The notes beneath the pieces were generated by a model. It saw nothing but the letters and a program-made list of their open reading frames with translations, made no database searches and was not told the DNA's origin. A stretch of 64,000 bases of DNA from an uncultured delta proteobacterium. GTDB lineage: Bacteria > Desulfobacterota > Binatia > Binatales > Binataceae. This document shows positions 41,640 to 50,279 of the stretch, piece after piece. Location of the stretch: positions 1,696,001 through 1,760,000 of the forward strand of contig CAWJET010000001.1 in NCBI GenBank assembly GCA_963842085.1, given 5' to 3'. The translations under genes and the position numbers were made by a program. Position 1 is the first letter of the stretch. Every line of letters starts with the position of its first letter.

Positions 41640-42338
41640 GTGCGAAACGGACCCCTGGTTCATCGACGCGCCCACTCATCGCGATTTGCCTACGGCGCGC
41701 CGTCGCCATTGGAGCGTCTCCAATCACTGTCGGTGTTCGGCAGCCCGCGGACGTTTTCGCGCCCGGCGCGCACCGCCCCAACCGAGCCCGCGCCGTTGGA
41801 GACGCAGCGTTTGCAGCTCGGTAGCCGCCTGCCGATCAACCTGCGTCACTTCCTGGCCGAGCAACTGGGGACCTCGATGCGGATCGAGGACGACTCCATC
41901 GTCGCGCTCGAGCCGCGCTCGAATGAAACGCTGATGCGCGAGCTGGCGCGCGCGATTCGCCGTTTTTCCGCCGAGCGCGCGCGCGAAGCATGGTGTGAAT
42001 GCGCGATGGGCCTTGATCGTCTCGAGCGCGAGTTCTTCGCCGCGCCCAGCGACGACCGCGGACCGGTAGTGCTGTGCCTGCGATGCTCGTGCGTGGGCGC
42101 CGGTCCTCTCGATCAGCACTGCGGTAGCAGATGCCTGCCGGTCCACCTGGGCGCCGAGGTGCGGGCGCAGCAGCTCGAAGGCAAGTGCGTCGATGGGACG
42201 CTGACGCCCGACGCGTTGCACCGCGCGGTCGAGAATTTCCGCCTCCACCGCGCAGAAGGCGGTCTGCCTCATTATGATTTGGACTGCTACGTCGCAGGCG
42301 GGCAGGTGATTTTCACCTGGCGCCCTCTACCGGCGTAG
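41640..42338 (+). CDS. Hypothetical Cys-rich protein
   Basis: GTG start after GGGAGG. 232 aa with nine Cys, all in the C-terminal half (CEC, CLRCSC, CGSRC). Confidence 0.6.
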   Translation: MRNGPLVHRRAHSSRFAYGAPSPLERLQSLSVFGSPRTFSRPARTAPTEPAPLETQRLQLGSRLPINLRHFLAEQLGTSMRIEDDSIVALEPRSNETLMRELARAIRRFSAERAREAWCECAMGLDRLEREFFAAPSDDRGPVVLCLRCSCVGAGPLDQHCGSRCLPVHLGAEVRAQQLEGKCVDGTLTPDALHRAVENFRLHRAEGGLPHYDLDCYVAGGQVIFTWRPLPA

Positions 42339-42344
42339 TTTACA

Positions 42345-42468
42345 TCGCGGGCAGGAAGGGAAATTTTCAGCCGCTTGTCGGCACTCAAGCGGATTCACTG
42401 ACGTAACGAAGTCGCGGGCAGGAAGGGAAATTTTCGCCCGACTAACGGCACAAAAGCGGATTCACTGA
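42345..42468. repeat. Tandem direct repeat, period 67 bp, at the 3' end of rpsU
   Basis: TCGCGGGCAGGAAGGGAAATTTTC-N-CGGCAC-NN-AAGCGGATTCACTGA at 42345-42401 and 42412-42468. Confidence 0.85.
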
Positions 42469-42474
42469 AAAGAG

Positions 42475-42672
42475 TTACATCGCCGAGGCGCGACGGCGGC
42501 GCTGCTCCTTGCGGCGGCGGCGCTGGGCCTCGGAACGCTTGCGTTTGCGGCGGACGCTGGGCTTCTCGTAAAAAGCCCGCTTCTTCATCTCTTTGAAAAC
42601 GCCCTCCTTGGCCAGCTTGCGTTTGAGCACTCGCATCGCCTGATCAAGAGAGCCTTCGACCCGAATTTCCAT
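42475..42672 (-). CDS. rpsU: 30S ribosomal protein S21
   Basis: LDQAMRVLKRKLAKEGVFKEMKKRAFYEKPSVRRKRK. GGAGG RBS. Confidence 0.95.
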   Translation of the reverse strand: MEIRVEGSLDQAMRVLKRKLAKEGVFKEMKKRAFYEKPSVRRKRKRSEAQRRRRKEQRRRRASAM

Positions 42673-42775
42673 AGTCCTCCGTCCGTCCGGTGTTTAGCCT
42701 ATCGAGGATAGGTCCGCCCCCGGTCAGAGTCAACCGGCGATTCCCGCAGGACCGCATACGTTTCATATAACAGGA

Positions 42776-42794
42776 GGCAGGGGTCACCCCTGCC
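42776..42794. repeat. REP, family A (single palindrome)
   Basis: GGCAGGGGTCACCCCTGCC. Confidence 0.65.
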
Positions 42795-42919
42795 GCGGGG
42801 GCCCGGGTCGAAGACCCCCGCATTCAATCGATCAGTGTGATGCGCTCTTCATGCGCATCGCGTACCTCTGGTAATGATCGGGGATTGCCGCTGCGCGGCG
42901 CGCGCAAAGGAGCTTCGAG

Positions 42920-43699
42920 ATGGATTTGGGTTTGACGGGAAAGGTCGCAATGGTGACGGGCGCCAGCCGCGGACTGGGCCGCGCAATGGCTCATGCGCTC
43001 GCAGACGAGGGGATGTACTTGAGCGTATGCGCGCGCACGCAGCAGACACTCACCGAAGCGGTCGCCGCGCTGACGCAGACCGGGTTGGCACCTCGGCCGG
43101 CGATGGGATTCGTCGGCGACGTGACCAAGACCGGCGATGCGCAAAGGTGGGTCGACGAGACAGTGAAAAAATTCGGCGGAATCGACGTGCTCGTCAACAA
43201 CGCGGGCGCGGCGCGGCCGGGCGCGCTCGCGGAAATCCCCGAGTCGGCATGGCAGGAGCAATTCGATCTGAACCTGTTCGCGCCCGTGCGGCTGGCGCGC
43301 CTGTGCGCCGCCCACATGGAAAAGCGCGGCGGCGGCTCGATCATCAATATCGGTTCGATCTACGGGCGCGAGTCGGGCGGACCGCTGACCTACAACGCGT
43401 CGAAGGCGGCGCTGCATTCGTTCAGCAAGATGCTCGCGCGCGAATACGCGCCGAAAAATATTCGCGTCAACACGGTAGCACCGGGGTCGATACTCACGCC
43501 GGGCGGAAACTGGGAGCGGCGCTTTCGCGAGAATCCGGCCTTCGAGAAGGATTTCATCAGCCACGAGATGCCGGCCGGGCGCCTGGGCCGTCCCGACGAA
43601 GTCGCGTATGCAGTCGTGATGCTCGCGTCGCCGCGCGCGAGCTGGATTACGGGCGCCAATATTCCGGTGGACGGCGCGCAGGGACGCTCGATCCTCTGA
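42920..43699 (+). CDS. SDR family oxidoreductase
   Basis: TGASRGLG, VNNAG, YNASK, IRVNTVAPG, VDGA. Confidence 0.95.
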   Translation: MDLGLTGKVAMVTGASRGLGRAMAHALADEGMYLSVCARTQQTLTEAVAALTQTGLAPRPAMGFVGDVTKTGDAQRWVDETVKKFGGIDVLVNNAGAARPGALAEIPESAWQEQFDLNLFAPVRLARLCAAHMEKRGGGSIINIGSIYGRESGGPLTYNASKAALHSFSKMLAREYAPKNIRVNTVAPGSILTPGGNWERRFRENPAFEKDFISHEMPAGRLGRPDEVAYAVVMLASPRASWITGANIPVDGAQGRSIL

Positions 43700-44802
43700 T
43701 GATGCGGCCGCGCTCTTTTCACTGGTCCCTGCTGGCGATTGCGGCCCTTTCGATCATCGGATGCAGCGCGCCGCTGCCGAGCACCGAACTTCCGCCCGCA
43801 CGGTACATCCAGCCGGTCCCGGAGTTTCCCGAGTTTCACGACTACCGCGGAATCATTGACCTGCCGATCAAAACGACAGGGATGGATCAATCTGGAATCG
43901 CGGACCTTGCGAGGACGGCGCAAATCGATTTCATTTTTCTTGCCGATCGCGTCCAGCCGGGTGATACCGACTTCGGCATCGGCGGATTCACCAACGACAT
44001 TCTTTTCATTCCGGGCGGAGCGTTCGACGTCGGCGGCAGCCGGATTATCGCGGTGAACGTTCACGATCCGATCAAGCCGAACCTCGCGCCCAACGATTTG
44101 ATTGCGGCGATTCACGACCGGGGCGGGCTTGCAATCGCAGCCGACCCGGCGAAGTTCGAGTCGTCGGCCGACTACGCGCTCGCGGATGCGATGGAAGTTT
44201 ACAACCAGCGCTCGGCGTGGCTCGCGCAAAATCCCGCCGCGCTCTACTTGCGCGCGATTTTTTTCGGCACCGATCATTTTCTGACAGGACTCGACCTTCG
44301 CCCCGAGGCGAACCTCGCGCTCTACGATCGAATGACGACGGGAGCGCGGCTGTCGATGCTCGCGGGGATGGGCGCGCCCGATAACCTGAGCGTGCTCGGC
44401 GCGAAGGTCGGTACGCTGCCGCAACTCTTTCTGTTCTGCACCACCCATCTGCTCGCGCGCTCGCGCGACGCGGCGCCGCTGCTCGAGGCCCTCCGTCTCG
44501 GACATTCGTACGCGAGCTTCGACTATCTCGGCTATGTGGGCGCGTTCGCGTTTTTCGCACGCCTGGGAGACACGATGGCAATGATGGGCGACGAAGTGCA
44601 TCTGGCGCCGGGACTGACGCTCAAGGCCGAACTGCCCGCGCCGGCAGATCGAATCGTTATGTATCAGAACGGCGCTGAAGTGGCGGCGGCCGAGAATGCG
44701 ACGACGCTCGAGTTCGCGCCGAAGTCCCCGGGCGCGTACCGAATCGAAGCCTATCGCAGCGGCAAGCTATGGATCATGTCGAATCCCTTGTACGTACGCT
44801 GA
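43699..44802 (+). CDS. Lipoprotein with a degenerate PHP-like domain and C-terminal Ig-like domain
   Basis: TGATG coupling to the SDR. Lipobox IIGC. DYRGII...IDFIFLAD, GGLAIAA, MEVYN, ALRLGHSY, YRIEAY...WIMSNPLY. Confidence 0.62.
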   Translation: MMRPRSFHWSLLAIAALSIIGCSAPLPSTELPPARYIQPVPEFPEFHDYRGIIDLPIKTTGMDQSGIADLARTAQIDFIFLADRVQPGDTDFGIGGFTNDILFIPGGAFDVGGSRIIAVNVHDPIKPNLAPNDLIAAIHDRGGLAIAADPAKFESSADYALADAMEVYNQRSAWLAQNPAALYLRAIFFGTDHFLTGLDLRPEANLALYDRMTTGARLSMLAGMGAPDNLSVLGAKVGTLPQLFLFCTTHLLARSRDAAPLLEALRLGHSYASFDYLGYVGAFAFFARLGDTMAMMGDEVHLAPGLTLKAELPAPADRIVMYQNGAEVAAAENATTLEFAPKSPGAYRIEAYRSGKLWIMSNPLYVR

Positions 44803-44847
44803 GCCTGGGCGAGGCGCGCCAGCGTGCGAGACCCCTGCGGCCGGCCG

Positions 44848-44874
44848 CCTCTCCCGTGAAAAAAACGGGCGAGG
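44848..44874. repeat. REP-like palindrome, family B
   Basis: CCTCTCCCGTGAAAAAAACGGGCGAGG, an inverted copy of 11423-11448. Confidence 0.7.
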
Positions 44875-44941
44875 TAAGAGTCGCGCCCGCGCCACCGCCC
44901 CTGCTTGTTCAAATTTCGCGGGCGGGTTACTTACTTGAGTC

Positions 44942-45817
44942 ATGGATATTGGAAAAATTGGAATCTGGTTCTTTCTCGACGCGATGACCGCGCCGGACAG
45001 CGCCGAGTTCGCCCGGCAGGTCGAGAAGAATGGCTACAAGGCTCTGTGGATTCCCGAGGCGGTCGGCCGCGAGCCGTTCGCGCACGCCGCGTATCTGCTC
45101 AGCCATACCGACCGGCTTTCGCTCGCCACCGGCATCGCGAATATCTGGGCGCGCGACGCCGTCACGATGGCGGCCGCGTCGAAGACTGTCGCCGAACTTT
45201 CCGGCGGCCGCTTTCTGCTCGGCATCGGCGTCAGTCACAAGCCGCTGGTCTCGAACCTGCGCGGCCACAGCTACGACAAGCCCTACAGTTACATGAAAGA
45301 GTATCTGCCGAAGATGAAGGGCGCGCTCTACCTGGCGCCGGCGCCCAAGGAGCCCGTGCCGGTGGTGCTCGCCGCGTTGCATCCCAAGATGCTCGCATTA
45401 TCGGCGGCCGAGGCGAACGGGACACACACCTACTTCGTGCCGCCCGAGCATACCGCCAAGGCACGCGCGCAAATCGGACCCAATGCGATGCTGTGCGCGG
45501 CGCAGGCCGTCATCCTCGAGACCGACGCCGTCAAGGCTCGCAAGGCGGCGCGCGAGTACATGAAGACCTATGTTCCGCGCCTGCCCAACTACACCAACAA
45601 CCTGAAAGCGCTCGGATGGGCCGACAAGGAATTCGAAAACGGATGCTCGGATCGGCTGGTTGACGCGATCGTGGCGTGGGGTACCGAGGACAAGATTCGC
45701 GATCGCATCGACGCGCACCTGAAAGCCGGCGCCTCTCACGTCTGCGTCCTGCCGCTCCGCGCCGACGGTGCGCCACAGCCCGATATGCGCGCAGTCCAGG
45801 CGTTCGCGCAGCGCTGA
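44942..45817 (+). CDS. Probable F420-dependent LLM-class oxidoreductase (TIGR03620-like)
   Basis: GYKALWIPE, ATGIANIWARD, GRFLLGIGVSH, LAALHPKML, HTYFVPPEHT, HLKAGASHV. Confidence 0.85.
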   Translation: MDIGKIGIWFFLDAMTAPDSAEFARQVEKNGYKALWIPEAVGREPFAHAAYLLSHTDRLSLATGIANIWARDAVTMAAASKTVAELSGGRFLLGIGVSHKPLVSNLRGHSYDKPYSYMKEYLPKMKGALYLAPAPKEPVPVVLAALHPKMLALSAAEANGTHTYFVPPEHTAKARAQIGPNAMLCAAQAVILETDAVKARKAAREYMKTYVPRLPNYTNNLKALGWADKEFENGCSDRLVDAIVAWGTEDKIRDRIDAHLKAGASHVCVLPLRADGAPQPDMRAVQAFAQR

Positions 45818-45827
45818 GCAGTTGTCG

Positions 45828-46223
45828 ATGCGCCAATTTTTTTCCGCGTTGCCCCTGGTCGTCCTCGCAATCACACTCGGCGGATGCGCGTCACACAACG
45901 AGCAGCAGGCGGAGCAGGCCGAAGCTGCGGCCGCCAAGGCTCAGCAGGCTGCCGAACACGCCGAACAATCCGCGGCCCAGGCGCAAATCGCCGCAGACAA
46001 AGCGACCGAGGCCGCGAACAGAGCGACCGTGGCGGTGCAGGATGCGACCAGGGAAATCAACCGCGTCGCCGACCATCTCGATCGAATGGAACGTGAGCGC
46101 GAAGCGGCCACGCACGGGCGGCGGCTCTCGCACGTGACCAAGGCGGTGAAGAAGGCCGCGACGGAGAGGGCCGCTGCCCCGTCGGGATCGCCCGCGGCGG
46201 CTCCATCGCCTTCGACGAAATAG
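45828..46223 (+). CDS. Small alanine-zipper lipoprotein (Lpp/OprI-like)
   Basis: Lipobox LGGC followed by an Ala/Gln/Glu heptad-rich helix. Confidence 0.7.
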   Translation: MRQFFSALPLVVLAITLGGCASHNEQQAEQAEAAAAKAQQAAEHAEQSAAQAQIAADKATEAANRATVAVQDATREINRVADHLDRMEREREAATHGRRLSHVTKAVKKAATERAAAPSGSPAAAPSPSTK

Positions 46224-46242
46224 TGCGCGACGGTCGAACGCA

Positions 46243-47262
46243 GTGGCTGAGCCAATCAAATCGCAACCAGCCCGCACACCGACCGAAGCCGACATTCGCG
46301 CCGAAAATCTCGCTCCGCAAGTCCGCCGCCACGCCTGGATCAATATCGCGGGCCCGCTCGCCGCAGTCTTTCTCGGAATTTTCGCCGCTGCGATGTACCT
46401 GCGGCCGGTCGACGTCCTGCGATGGATTCAGATCTCGCGGCTGGGATGGTCGGGCGTGACGCAGAACGAGCTTGCGCTGAAGGACGGCCTGATCACTTAT
46501 CTCATCACCGGCGGTTACTCGGAGGAGGAACCGGTCGTGATGATCCACGGGCTCGGCCCAAATGCCGCGCTGGTATGGCGCGGGATCATGCCGCCGGTGG
46601 CAGACGCGCACTACAAGGTGATCGCGCCCAACCTACCCGGTTTCGCCTCGTCGGATCACAAGCAGGTCAACTATTCGATCGCGTACCAGGCCGAAGCCGT
46701 CGCGCAGATGATCGACGAGTTGAAGCTCGACCACGTCAACCTGGTCGGCAACGATCTCGGCGCGGACATCGCGCTCTACTACGCCGTCGAGCATCCCGAC
46801 AAAGTCGAGAGGATGGTCCTGGTGTCGGGCGGCCTGGTGGGTGCGCGCGGCGCTGAAAAACTTCGCATGGGGATGCTGCCGACGACGCCCGAGGCGATCC
46901 GCGCACAGGTCGAGGCAAGCTTCTTCGATTTGCCGCCGATGCCCGACTTCATATACCAGCGCATGATGGGGGAACTGAGCGGCGACCTGCAGGCCGAGAC
47001 CGACATGATCAATTCCGTTCCGCGTGACGAGGCGCACATCCGCTCAAAACTGGGCCAGGTCTTCAACACACTGACGATCATAATGTGGGGCGCGAAAAAC
47101 CCGTACTTCTCGAAGGCCGAAGGCGAGGCGCTGCACGCGGCGATGCCCGGTTCGGCAACGGTGGTCTTCAAAACGTCGGGCGCCTACCCGCAACTCGAGC
47201 ATCCCGACGATTTCGCCGAGTCGCTAATCTTCGTAATCAAGCAGGAAGAAGGCGGCCGCTAA
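46243..47262 (+). CDS. Membrane-anchored alpha/beta-hydrolase-fold protein with an atypical catalytic triad
   Basis: N-terminal TM, MIHGLG, APNLPGFASS, GNDLG elbow, SGAYPQLEHP at the usual GH position. Confidence 0.8.
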   Translation: MAEPIKSQPARTPTEADIRAENLAPQVRRHAWINIAGPLAAVFLGIFAAAMYLRPVDVLRWIQISRLGWSGVTQNELALKDGLITYLITGGYSEEEPVVMIHGLGPNAALVWRGIMPPVADAHYKVIAPNLPGFASSDHKQVNYSIAYQAEAVAQMIDELKLDHVNLVGNDLGADIALYYAVEHPDKVERMVLVSGGLVGARGAEKLRMGMLPTTPEAIRAQVEASFFDLPPMPDFIYQRMMGELSGDLQAETDMINSVPRDEAHIRSKLGQVFNTLTIIMWGAKNPYFSKAEGEALHAAMPGSATVVFKTSGAYPQLEHPDDFAESLIFVIKQEEGGR

Positions 47263-47310
47263 CTGTCTGGCGCCTCACACGTTATTTGCACGTTATTTGA
47301 TGGTAGAGGT

Positions 47311-48333
47311 TCAGGGCAGGCTTTTGCGCGCCGCGCAGTGGCCATCCGTCGGATCAAGCTTGCCCTCCGACCATACTCGATCCCAATGCAGCGGTCTCGT
47401 ATCCCGCTGATCGTAAGGGGGCACTCGGACACATCGGCAGTTGGCATCCTTGAGCGGCACGTTCATCACCAGGTACTCGGTGACCACGGACTGTTCGAGT
47501 GCCTGCGCGGCGTTAAGGGGAACGTTTCCTCCCTTGCTTACGAGGTAACTGTCTTCGACTGAGTAGCCCAGGCCGGAAAAGGCTGGTCCTATCCCGTACA
47601 GATCATAGAGAACGTTGGCGCCCGTAGTGCTGCCCGTGGCCAGGAAGGGGGTGCCCGTAAATTGAAAAATAGCCGCACCAGTATTGACAGCGTTCTGCAA
47701 CACCAGTGGCACCGCAGTGTTTTTCTGGTCGGAGAAAGCCCGGGAGGCGCAGTAAACCCGTTGGTCAACCGGATAGGTGGAATCGAGATCGGGTGTGGGG
47801 CAATCGGCCGGCGTGTATCCCATCAAGTCCGCCAGATCCGAAGTTGCGAACACGAATATATTCGGCCAGCTGGCCACTCTCGGCTGCACTTGGCTTAAGT
47901 CCGAAGGTTTGCAACGCATTGCTACCAGGTCGTTACTACTCGGATTGGGATCATCGCTGCCCACAAAGTGCGCGTCGTCTATCGCCGGCAGCGGTGGCTG
48001 GTACAGTACGGAAGCGCTCATGAACGCGCGAGCCTGGACGAGTTTGACCTGGTAAACTTTGTCCGTCCTTCCGATGTTGGTCACCGGGGCGGCTTTGCTG
48101 GTGAACAACACTCGGGTGAAATCGTGGGTGACAGCAAGGCCGCTAGTGGGATCGGAGCTGCGGGTGTTGTCGACTACCGTCGCGGGCGCCGGCGGCGCTG
48201 CCCGCGCCGTACCAAGCGCGCCAGCGGCGATAAACATGGCCAACAGCGTGGTCGCCGCACGCCCGGTGCCGGCGTGCCGCCGAGCGGTTCGGGACTTACA
48301 ACCACCACTCAGCTTTCCTCCCGATGTCTTCAC
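47311..48333 (-). CDS. Hypothetical secreted protein
   Basis: GTG 48333 after AAGGGGG, signal-peptide-like segment (TTLLAMFIAAGALGTARA), several Cys, visibly lower GC than neighbours. Confidence 0.6.
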   Translation of the reverse strand: MKTSGGKLSGGCKSRTARRHAGTGRAATTLLAMFIAAGALGTARAAPPAPATVVDNTRSSDPTSGLAVTHDFTRVLFTSKAAPVTNIGRTDKVYQVKLVQARAFMSASVLYQPPLPAIDDAHFVGSDDPNPSSNDLVAMRCKPSDLSQVQPRVASWPNIFVFATSDLADLMGYTPADCPTPDLDSTYPVDQRVYCASRAFSDQKNTAVPLVLQNAVNTGAAIFQFTGTPFLATGSTTGANVLYDLYGIGPAFSGLGYSVEDSYLVSKGGNVPLNAAQALEQSVVTEYLVMNVPLKDANCRCVRVPPYDQRDTRPLHWDRVWSEGKLDPTDGHCAARKSLP

Positions 48334-48671
48334 GGTTTCCCCCTTGAGAAATGTGCAACTGGCTAAGCAACCATTGGACCATCCACAAAGCCTCGGGAAG
48401 GGTTGAAGAAGCGCTCCAAACAGGGACCCGAAAAGTGGCGGAATCGCCACCTGAGTGTCGCAGTCGCAGCGTGAGTCATGGCGATGCTGGCGAGCAGACT
48501 CAGCCACCGATTTGGGTCATTTCACATTGCCGGGGATGCGACCGCCGGAGGCGAGTAAAAGGGGTTGAAGCGTGCGGGGGCCGCCCCCTGCTAATGGCTG
48601 CGGCTTGCGTGGCGCGCAGTCGTCTGCGATAAGCGAGTCTGAAAATTTAGACCCGCGAGGAATCGACTACG

Positions 48672-49318
48672 ATGAAGCTCTACAATTTGAATCTCTCCAA
48701 CTTTGCCACCAAGTCCCGGCTCGTGATCTACGAAAAGGGACTCAACATCGAAATGGCGCCGATTCCCGGCGGCGATCTCCACTCGCCCGAATACGCGAAG
48801 GTCAATCCGCTCGGCAAAACCCCGGCGCTCGACGCCGACGGCCTGCTTATTCCCGAGTCCGAGGTCATCAACGAGTACCTCGAAGACAAGTACCCCACTC
48901 CGCCGCTGCTGCCCAAGAGCGCCGAGGGCCGCGCCAAAGTGCGAATTCTGACGCGATTCCACGACCTCTACCTCGAGCCACCGCTGCGCGCGCTGTTCGG
49001 CCAGATGAATCCGAAGACTCGCGACGAAAAAGTCTCGGCGAGAAGGTGACCGACCTCAAAAATCGCCTCGACCAGCTTGAGAAGATGCTCGCTGATGGAG
49101 GTTTCGCGTGCGGCTCCGACTTCACGCTCGCCGATTGCGCGCTCGCGCCCACGATGTTCTTCGTGACCAACCTGGGGCCCGCCTTCGGCGTCAAAGCGCT
49201 GGAAGGACACCCGAAACTCACGGCGTGGTGGACTCACGTCCAGACGCGCCCGTCGGTAAAGAAGGGCCTCGGCGAGATGGCCGAAGCGCTGGCCGCGATG
49301 CAGCGCGGCGGGCGTTGA
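48672..49318 (+). pseudogene. Glutathione S-transferase family protein with an apparent 1-nt frameshift near 49030
   Basis: N-domain (VNPLGKTPAL, ESEVINEYLE) stops at 49049. The C-domain (LDQLEKML...FTLADCAL...WW...RPSV) continues in the -1 frame. Confidence 0.82.
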
Positions 49319-49339
49319 GGATCGCAAGGACAACAGTCG

Positions 49340-50101
49340 ATGTCTTATCTCGATCGCGACGGCGTGTGCATCTACTACGAACAGCGCGGCGCCGGGCCCG
49401 CCGTTCTGCTCTCGCACGGCTACAGCGCCAGCGCGCGCATGTGGCAAGGTCAAATGGATGCGCTGTCGGACCGCTACCACCTGATCGCCTGGGACATGCG
49501 CGGCCACGACCGTTCCGACTCGCCCGACGATCCGGCGCTCTACTCGCACGAAGCGACCATCGCCGATATGGCCGCGGTGCTCGATGCTTGCGGCGCGAAC
49601 CGCGCCGTCATAGCAGGCTTGTCGCTGGGCGGGTTCATGTCGCTGGCGTTTCACCTGGCGCATCCCGCCCGCACGACGGCGCTGATACTGTTCGACACCG
49701 GTCCAGGCTACAGGAAAGACGATGGGCGCGCGGCATGGAACCGGCTCGCGGACAACATGGCAGTGGCTTACGAGAAGAAGGGACTCGCGGCGGCCGGCAC
49801 CGGCGCCGAAGTGAGCGTCGCGCACCATCGCAGCGCGCAAGGGCTGGCGCATGCGGCGCGCGGGATGCTGGCGCAGAAAGACGGCCGCGTGATCGAGTCG
49901 CTTGCGTCAATCGCGGTACCGACGCTGGTGCTGGTCGGCGAAAATGACCAGCAGTTCCGGCCGTCGGCGGATTACATGGCGGCAAAGATTCCCGGCGCGG
50001 AGAAAGTGATCCTCGAGCGCGCGGGCCATGCCGCCAATATCGATCAGCCTGCCGCGTTCAACGCCGCCGTACGCGCATTCCTCGAGCGCGCGACTGCCTA
50101 G
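49340..50101 (+). CDS. Alpha/beta hydrolase (PcaD/MenH-like)
   Basis: SHG, WDMRGHD, GLSLGG nucleophile elbow, VGEND, AGHAAN. Confidence 0.9.
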   Translation: MSYLDRDGVCIYYEQRGAGPAVLLSHGYSASARMWQGQMDALSDRYHLIAWDMRGHDRSDSPDDPALYSHEATIADMAAVLDACGANRAVIAGLSLGGFMSLAFHLAHPARTTALILFDTGPGYRKDDGRAAWNRLADNMAVAYEKKGLAAAGTGAEVSVAHHRSAQGLAHAARGMLAQKDGRVIESLASIAVPTLVLVGENDQQFRPSADYMAAKIPGAEKVILERAGHAANIDQPAAFNAAVRAFLERATA

Positions 50102-50279
50102 CCGCATCGCCAAAATCGGTTCGCCAAGTTTTCGCCGCCCTGCTGGAGAACAGCGCCGCAAATCGGCATTATGTAGGTGGGGGCCGATAATCGTTCCCGG
50201 TCAAATTAGCGACAAGTCTGCAGACCTGATTTGATCATGTGGGAAACTGCTCCGAGATTGCTTTAGGACTGACGTTAGC

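Noticed and set aside
42345-42468. Possible CRISPR array
   Set aside because: Only two units, the intervening sequences are themselves similar, and there are no cas genes in the window.
49047-49049. Selenocysteine read-through at the TGA stops of the GST (49047) and the sigma-54 activator (32479)
   Set aside because: The continuation is in a different frame, the position is not a Cys site and no SECIS-like hairpin follows.
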